Below, in pieces: positions 58,518 to 64,000 of a stretch of DNA of 64,000 nucleotides (within the stretch, counting starts at the first letter, position 1; the number at the start of each line of letters is the position of its first letter). The stretch spans positions 343,332 to 407,331 of the forward strand of contig JAVVRZ010000001.1 of NCBI GenBank assembly GCA_036654455.1. Reading direction: 5' to 3'. Made by a program: the position numbers and the translations under genes. The notes below the pieces were generated by a model that was not told where the DNA came from, ran no database searches, and saw nothing but the letters and a program-made list of their open reading frames with translations. The stretch comes from Clostridia bacterium (GTDB lineage Bacteria > Bacillota > Clostridia > Christensenellales > CAG-314).

Positions 58518-59272
58518 TTGTCCTCCTTGTCGGCGGACGAATTAGCTTGTCCTAACTTATCTTTATTTTGGCTTGCGTCTTGTTCGAGCGTTTGTTTTTG
58601 ACCCTCGCAAGAACTGTCTTGTTCTTTATTTGTTTGACCCTCGCAAGAACTGTCTTGTTCTTTATTTGTTTGGCTGTCGCAAGAACTGTCTTGTTTACTG
58701 TCAAGACTTGCCCTAGTTAGACATTTTTTGTCGTTAAAATAAGCATAGCCAACGCCTAAACAAGCCGATATCAATATAAGATATATTACATTAAATTTAG
58801 TAAAAGTTGCAACGGCAAAAGAAACTACAAAGGCAATATAAGTATAAATATTTTTGTTTGCCGTTGTGACAAGATTAATAAATACATTTACAATAAGCAC
58901 GACAACACAAGCTCTTACTCCTGCAAATGCCGCCGCCACAATAGAATTTGCCAAAAATGCTTCTAGGCAAAAATATAAGCTAGAAATAATTATAAAAGAA
59001 GGACAAACTACGCCGATTGTAGCAAATAACGCCCCAAAAAAGCCCCCGACCTTGTAACCGATAAAAGTCGCAGAATTTACGGCAATTACTCCCGGAGTAG
59101 ATTCGGCAAGCACAATTAATTCCATCATATCTTGTTTATTTGCCCACCCACGCTTGCCGGCTTCCCGCTCGATTAAACTAATCATAGCGTAACCACCGCC
59201 AAAAGTGAACAAACCTATCTTAAAGAATACGGCGAATAATTGAAAAATTGTCTTTATAGAATACTTCTTCAT
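58514..59272 (-). CDS. Chromate transporter (CHR) family half-size protein, first of a pair, with repeat-containing hydrophilic tail
   Basis: 252 aa with FKIGLFTFGGGYAMISLIERE. The C-terminal tail is QDSSCDSQTNKE QDSSCEGQTNKE QDSSCEGQKQ. Confidence 0.8.
   Translation of the reverse strand: MKKYSIKTIFQLFAVFFKIGLFTFGGGYAMISLIEREAGKRGWANKQDMMELIVLAESTPGVIAVNSATFIGYKVGGFFGALFATIGVVCPSFIIISSLYFCLEAFLANSIVAAAFAGVRACVVVLIVNVFINLVTTANKNIYTYIAFVVSFAVATFTKFNVIYLILISACLGVGYAYFNDKKCLTRASLDSKQDSSCDSQTNKEQDSSCEGQTNKEQDSSCEGQKQTLEQDASQNKDKLGQANSSADKEDK
58598..58696 (-). repeat. 36-nt in-frame tandem repeat, about 2.7 copies
   Basis: ttgaccctcgcaagaactgtcttgttctttatttgt occurs at 58598 and 58634, with a partial variant copy from 58670. 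Confidence 0.85.
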
Positions 59273-59344
59273 ATTATTATTATATCAATAATATCTTAAA
59301 TAATCAATGCAATTACAACAATTAAAAATGGACTGTTTGTAAAG

Positions 59345-59373
59345 AAAAAACCGCTCGCATTACGAACGGTTTA
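59345..59373 (-). terminator. Rho-independent terminator after the uracil permease gene
   Basis: Minus strand aaaccgttcg pairs with cgagcggttt around a 5-nt loop, followed by a T-run. Confidence 0.6.
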
Positions 59374-59426
59374 ATTTGTAAAAGAATAATTATTAGATTA
59401 ATATAAGAATATTTTATTTAAAAATG

Positions 59427-60821
59427 CTATTTTTCTTGGTTTGTAGTTGCGGTAGTTTGTTCTTCAACAACTTCTTTCTTGTTAGCAAACCCGCCTACAA
59501 TTAAATTTGTAAGTATGCCTACTATTAAAGCCGTCGCAATGCTTGTGACTTTTACTTTTCCAAAGTCAAGCATAATTCCGCCAATGCCTACAACAAGAAT
59601 TGCGCTTACTACAAACAAATTCTTTTCGTTGCCCAAATCTACTTCTTTAAGCATTTTTAGTCCGCTTACAGCGATAAAACCATATAAAGCTATGCAAGCG
59701 CCACCCATTACGCACTTAGGAATTGAATTTACAACGGCTACAAAGGGAGTAAAGAATGATAACACTACGCAACCGATAGCCGCAACAACAATTGTCCAAG
59801 TTGATGCATTGCCTGTAATTGCTACGCAACCTATTGATTCGCCATAAGTTGTGTTAGGGCAAGCGCCAACAAACGCCCCTGCGATTGAACCGATACCGTC
59901 GCCAAGAAGGGTTCTGGTAAGTCCGGGGTCTTTGGTCAAATCGGTGTTGATAATTGTGCTTAAATTCTTATGGTCGGCTATGTGTTCGGCAAATACTACA
60001 AATGCGATAGGCATAAATAATAAGGCTATGTCGCCGATTGCCACCCAATCAAGCAACCAACCTTGTTTAAAAGCTTCGACTATTGTAAACTTAGGCGCAG
60101 AGATAAACCAACTAAATACATTGCCCGAGAAAGCCGAGCTAAACGAGCTTAAATCAAGAACCTGTAAATATGTAACGTCGGCTACAATACCGATTACGGT
60201 AAATAACAAAGACACTATGTAACCGCCACAAATACCTATTACAAAAGGTATAAGTTTCATAGTTTTGTTGCCCTTAGCGGAGGAAAGTACAATAATAAAG
60301 AATGTTACAAGAGCGCAAATAATCGAAATAAAGTTGTAACCTGTTGTTCCGTTAAACATAGCCCAGTTGCCCGCAGTTGTTGATAAGCTCAACCCTATTA
60401 GAGCAACCGTAGGTCCAATTATTACCGCAGGCATAAGCTTGTCAACCCATTTTGTATGAGTAAATCTAATGATAACGGCTATTGCCACATAGATTAGTCC
60501 TGCAAATATTGCCCCGACTATTAAACCAAAATAACCATAACCCGCTGTTGCAGCGCCGGTCATTGCGCCCAAAAAGGCAAAGCTACTGCCAAGAAAAACA
60601 GGACTTCTTCTCTTTGTAAACAGCAAGTAAACTATACTGCCTACGCCTGCTCCGGCAAGAGCCGCCGATGGGTCTAGTTCTAGTCCGGTTTGCCAAAACA
60701 CAATCATAGGCACAAGCAAAGTTGCCGCCATAATGGCTAGCATTTGTTGAATAGCGCAAATAATTGTTCTGCCCCACCCCATTTCCTTTGGAGTTGCTTT
60801 TACACCATAACGAATTTCCAT
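59427..60821 (-). CDS. pyrP: Uracil/xanthine permease (NCS2 family)
   Basis: 464 aa, polytopic, directly downstream of pyrR as in Bacillus pyrR-pyrP, with an AAGGAG RBS. Confidence 0.8.
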   Translation of the reverse strand: MEIRYGVKATPKEMGWGRTIICAIQQMLAIMAATLLVPMIVFWQTGLELDPSAALAGAGVGSIVYLLFTKRRSPVFLGSSFAFLGAMTGAATAGYGYFGLIVGAIFAGLIYVAIAVIIRFTHTKWVDKLMPAVIIGPTVALIGLSLSTTAGNWAMFNGTTGYNFISIICALVTFFIIVLSSAKGNKTMKLIPFVIGICGGYIVSLLFTVIGIVADVTYLQVLDLSSFSSAFSGNVFSWFISAPKFTIVEAFKQGWLLDWVAIGDIALLFMPIAFVVFAEHIADHKNLSTIINTDLTKDPGLTRTLLGDGIGSIAGAFVGACPNTTYGESIGCVAITGNASTWTIVVAAIGCVVLSFFTPFVAVVNSIPKCVMGGACIALYGFIAVSGLKMLKEVDLGNEKNLFVVSAILVVGIGGIMLDFGKVKVTSIATALIVGILTNLIVGGFANKKEVVEEQTTATTNQEK

Positions 60822-60866
60822 AGTTTTTTTCTCCTTATTATGCGTTTATATTTGTTTATATTTAAA

Positions 60867-61403
60867 CTAATCTTTTGTAAACAACGCTACGCTGTCAATT
60901 TTATCGGTTTCGAATAGTCTTACGGCTACTACTTCGTTAAGGCTAGTAGGAATATTCTTACCTACGTAGTCGGGACGAATGGGTAATTCTCTGTGCCCTC
61001 TATCAATTAAGACGGCAAGCTGAATACTTCTAGGTCTACCTAAGGCAATAATAGCTTCAAGCCCGGCTCTTACCGTGCGACCGGTAAAAATAACGTCATC
61101 GACTAAGATAATATCTTTTCCGGTGACGTCAAAATCTATGCTAGTGTTATTAAGTTGAGCCGAACTAGATAATTCGGTTAAATCATCTCTATATAGTGTT
61201 ATGTCAAGTTTGCCACAAAGCACTTCTCCTTCTAAACTTGCTAACTTTTGACTAAGCCTATAACAAAGCGGAGCGCCCCTTGTGACAATGCCTACTAAGG
61301 CAATATTAGAAACGCCTTTATTGTGTTCGATTATTTCGTGACTGATGCGAGTTAAAGCCCTGTCTATTGCAATCTCGTCCATTAAAATAACTTTTAAATT
61401 CAT
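60867..61403 (-). CDS. pyrR: Bifunctional pyr mRNA-binding attenuation protein/uracil phosphoribosyltransferase PyrR
   Basis: 178 aa with LMDEIAIDRALTRISHEIIE and the PRPP motif ILVDDVIFTGRTVRA. Confidence 0.9.
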   Translation of the reverse strand: MNLKVILMDEIAIDRALTRISHEIIEHNKGVSNIALVGIVTRGAPLCYRLSQKLASLEGEVLCGKLDITLYRDDLTELSSSAQLNNTSIDFDVTGKDIILVDDVIFTGRTVRAGLEAIIALGRPRSIQLAVLIDRGHRELPIRPDYVGKNIPTSLNEVVAVRLFETDKIDSVALFTKD

Positions 61404-61525
61404 AGTTCCTCCAATTTACATACAAAAAAAGTCTTGCAAGATAAACCTCGCAAGACAAAAGTAGTCTAACAAAAATATGGTCATCTTGCTGGTATCTCGT
61501 ACCAAACTTAAAGATTTTTTAACTT
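61404..61525 (-). promoter_or_regulatory. pyr-type transcription attenuator leader (hairpin, antiterminator, terminator)
   Basis: On the minus strand, terminator gtcttgcgag-gtttat-cttgcaagac with a T-run of 7 (61456-24) lies just before the RBS. The upstream segment ccagcaagat can pair with the terminator 5' arm. The hairpin ggtacgagatacc overlaps that segment. Confidence 0.6.
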
Positions 61526-61530
61526 CTAAG

Positions 61531-61559
61531 ATATTATCATAAAATAAACTAGGTGTCAA
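61531..61559 (-). promoter_or_regulatory. Sigma-70-type promoter (extended -10) for pyrR-pyrP
   Basis: Minus strand reads TTGACA, 17 nt, TGaTAATAT. Confidence 0.55.
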
Positions 61560-61670
61560 CATATTAACAAAAAGATTATTAAATATTTGCAAATTAAAAA
61601 TAAAAACACTTGATTTTTACCGTTTATTAGTTTAACATAATACTAGCTTAATTAATAAGGAGAGCAAAAT

Positions 61671-62294
61671 ATGAATCTTACCATATTTGACCATCCGCTA
61701 GTCTCTCATAAAGTTGCCTTGCTTAGAGATGTGAAGACAAACAGCAAACAATTTAGAGAACTTGTGGAAGAACTAGCTATGCTTATGGCATTTGAAGCGT
61801 TTAAAGACATTCCCACCTATGAAGTAAGCGTAACTACGCCCCTTGAAACGACTAGCCAACAAGTAGTAGACGAAAATTCCGTAGCTATCGTCCCCGTACT
61901 TAGAGCAGGTATGGGTATGGTTTCGGGAGTACAAGCCTTGTTTCCAACGGCAAGAGTTGGTTTTGTTGGCTTATATCGTGACCACCAAACACTCAAACCT
62001 TGCGAATATTATTGTAAACTTCCCGACCTTAACGGACGAATTGCAATAGTGCTTGACCCTATGCTTGCAACAGGCGGTAGCGCAGTAGCCGCTATTGATT
62101 TACTTAAAAAGCACGGCTGTACAAGAATTAAATTAATGAATATTATCGCCGTACCCGAAGGTATTAACGCCGTACAAACAGCCCACCCCGACGTACAAAT
62201 TTATTGCGCCGCAGTTGATAGATGTTTAAATGATATTGGCTACATTTTACCCGGACTAGGCGACGCAGGCGATAGACTATTTGGCACAAAATAA
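61671..62294 (+). CDS. upp: Uracil phosphoribosyltransferase
   Basis: 207 aa with FDHPLVSHKVALLRD, LDPMLATGGS and YILPGLGDAGDRLFGT. Confidence 0.92.
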   Translation: MNLTIFDHPLVSHKVALLRDVKTNSKQFRELVEELAMLMAFEAFKDIPTYEVSVTTPLETTSQQVVDENSVAIVPVLRAGMGMVSGVQALFPTARVGFVGLYRDHQTLKPCEYYCKLPDLNGRIAIVLDPMLATGGSAVAAIDLLKKHGCTRIKLMNIIAVPEGINAVQTAHPDVQIYCAAVDRCLNDIGYILPGLGDAGDRLFGTK

Positions 62295-62296
62295 TA

Positions 62297-62328
62297 TTAA
62301 GACCTTATTTTAAGGTCTTAATTTTTTA
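62297..62328 (+). terminator. Rho-independent terminator after upp
   Basis: ttaagacctta pairs with taaggtcttaa (11 bp) around the loop ttt, followed by a T-run. Confidence 0.75.
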
Positions 62329-62455
62329 CTTTGGTATAATTTACACGGTTTTTAACAACCGATACTTTTGTTAACTTCTTTTATTTATTTCTTTTGTTAA
62401 CTACTTTTATCAACTTCTTTTGTCAACTTTAATTAAAATCTTTGGTAAACTATTA

Positions 62456-63841
62456 TTATGCTACTCGTCTACTTGGAACAGCTTTGCCATATTCTACGCT
62501 TTCAAAAATATCGGCTTTTGCGCTAGGATAATTTTCAAATCTATAATTGTCCTTATCCTTACCTATCAAGGTAATGTTATCAACCTTAATGTTCTTACCT
62601 TTGCCGACCGCATTTGTTTCAAAGTTAGCCGAGATATCGCCGATTGCAAGTATATCGCCATCGACTACGCCTTCTAATTGACCTAGACCTGCAAGTTCGG
62701 CTTTGGTGTTAGTATCATACATTTTATTTTTAGCCTTAATTCCATTTAAAGCTATTGCCTTGGGCTTAATCTCGCCACACAATTCGTTACATAAATAATA
62801 ATTGCCTGCGTTTTTGCCTGTTAATTTAATGTTATAGGTAGAAATTTTCTTATTACCTACATTTTTGTCTTCAAAATAAAGTTGGTCGCACTCGGCGCAC
62901 ACTTCGTCGCCCTCTTTTACGCCAACAAGTTTAAAGTTGTCAACTTTAAGAGTATTTGAACCATCGTATTCCTTACAAATAACATTCTCAACTTTTAATT
63001 CCTTAGGCATTACTGAAATAACGCCTTGTTCTACAACCGTATTATACTTGTTTGTCGAGCCTAACAAAGCGTAAGAATTTGTGCGGTAAACGCCAACGCT
63101 ATTTGTGGGAACATTTTTATTTATTAAAGAAACAATGTCTTTTTTGTCGCCATCGACTAAGCCGTTGATGTCATACTCAATTTTCGGCATTTCGCTACCA
63201 TATTCGTAAGCCATATCTTTAACCTTAACTTTTAATATTGGCTTATCTATTTTTACATCGTAATTAGAATATACTTTTTTACCAACGGTCACTTTTACTT
63301 TATTGCTACCTACGTTTGCCTTAGTAAGATTATAGCTGTAAGCATTTTTGTCTGTGATAGGTTTGCGTTGCATTTCTTTTTCGTTTACATACCAAACAAC
63401 TTCTTCTTTACCGTTTGAAGTCATTGATTTGTCGGCTACATAATTAAGTTTAACGCTTTCGCCATAAGGCGCTACCGCATTGCCGTTAATTTTGCCCATA
63501 ACTTGCATTTTATTGGTGTTTGCCCCCATAATGCCAACAATAAACATCACTACAAGCGCAACAAGTAGCAAAAAAACCAAAACTCCGCCTCCGCCTTGAC
63601 TATCATTATCGTAAGTTCTTGCCCTTTCGCCTGATTCTACGTTATAAATATTAGAACCCATAATAATAGGGTTAGAATTTTCGGTTTTGTCTAATGTACT
63701 TTGAAACCCTTGTTCTACGTCCTTATAAGGTAATTCGCTACGCTGTTGCTCTAAGCTAGAAGCTATATTTTGGTTAATTGCCGACTGCTCTTTAAGTTCC
63801 TTTTGTTCGGCGTTACTAGGTTTGTCTTTTTTGGTTGCCAT
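62456..63841 (-). CDS. Type-II membrane-anchored surface protein with MBG/YDG-type repeats
   Basis: 461 aa with an N-terminal charged region and the TM VLVFLLLVALVVMFIVGIMGA. The repeats show the patterns KEYDGSNTLKV...GVKEGDEV and KMYDTNTKAEL...GVVDGDIL...GKDKDNY. Confidence 0.55.
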   Translation of the reverse strand: MATKKDKPSNAEQKELKEQSAINQNIASSLEQQRSELPYKDVEQGFQSTLDKTENSNPIIMGSNIYNVESGERARTYDNDSQGGGGVLVFLLLVALVVMFIVGIMGANTNKMQVMGKINGNAVAPYGESVKLNYVADKSMTSNGKEEVVWYVNEKEMQRKPITDKNAYSYNLTKANVGSNKVKVTVGKKVYSNYDVKIDKPILKVKVKDMAYEYGSEMPKIEYDINGLVDGDKKDIVSLINKNVPTNSVGVYRTNSYALLGSTNKYNTVVEQGVISVMPKELKVENVICKEYDGSNTLKVDNFKLVGVKEGDEVCAECDQLYFEDKNVGNKKISTYNIKLTGKNAGNYYLCNELCGEIKPKAIALNGIKAKNKMYDTNTKAELAGLGQLEGVVDGDILAIGDISANFETNAVGKGKNIKVDNITLIGKDKDNYRFENYPSAKADIFESVEYGKAVPSRRVA

Positions 63842-64000
63842 TCTTTGCCCTCCTTATATTTTTTATTAGTATGCAACAGCGCTAAAAAAATATTTATGGT
63901 TAAAGCTATTAATTTTTCCTCAACAAAATTTAATATTCTATAACCAAAGAAAAACAACGTCAAGATTGCAAAGACAAAAATTATCGACTATATTAATATT

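Noticed and set aside
58598-58696. CRISPR-like 36-nt repeats
   Set aside because: There are only about 2.7 directly adjoining copies with no spacers. They lie in frame inside the CHR gene tail, and no cas genes are present.
62340-62455. Imperfect direct repeats (cttttgttaact / cttttgtcaact) between upp and the MBG-protein gene
   Set aside because: This is T-rich low-complexity spacer between convergent genes. The copies are short and degenerate, and no associated ORF or structure was found.

Overview
The window is AT-rich and looks like low-GC Firmicutes or Clostridia chromosome. It carries an anaerobe gene set: indolepyruvate:ferredoxin oxidoreductase, rubrerythrin, nitroreductase and a V-type ATPase. 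Most genes lie on the minus strand. They have AGGAG-type RBSs, frequent TTG/GTG starts and stop/start overlaps.

Layout:
1. 1-10.7 kb (possibly to 12.5 kb): a phage-derived packaging, head and structural block, cut by the left edge. Its order is terL, small charged protein, portal, scaffold, major capsid, two connector-sized genes, two large beta-rich proteins and a coiled-coil protein.
2. 10.9-16.9 kb: envelope-type genes around a 700-nt ORF-free control region. These are two SH3b-like membrane proteins, a sigma-region-4-like regulator, an unlisted 36-aa membrane peptide, a NodB deacetylase and a tandem-OB SSB-like protein.
3. 17-64 kb: housekeeping and metabolism. This part holds:
- a type IIA topoisomerase B/A pair, a HAD phosphatase and glpK;
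- an M20 peptidase-YfcC-DUF1284 operon, a nitroreductase, and an exonuclease-hexokinase pair;
- guaB-guaA and a nine-gene V-ATPase operon (G-I-K-E-C-F-A-B-D order);
- rpiB, sua5/tsaC, an M28 peptidase, a cyclase, a lipoprotein and iorAB;
- a 1160-aa DUF885 lipoprotein with six tandem repeats, rubrerythrin, a GNAT and a DUF4438-like gene;
- a split chromate-transporter pair, pyrR-pyrP, upp, and an MBG/YDG-repeat surface protein.

I recognised no rRNA, tRNA, CRISPR array, transposase or integrase. I did not find a clear novel multigene system such as a defence island. The best candidates for undescribed biology are:
- the phage-like block, which lacks early genes and terS, and its unassignable distal structural genes;
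- the palindrome-rich divergent control region at 12.47-13.17 kb;
- a structured, terminator-containing guaB leader that does not match the purine riboswitch.

All calls rest on reading the sequence and ORF translations. No database search was run.
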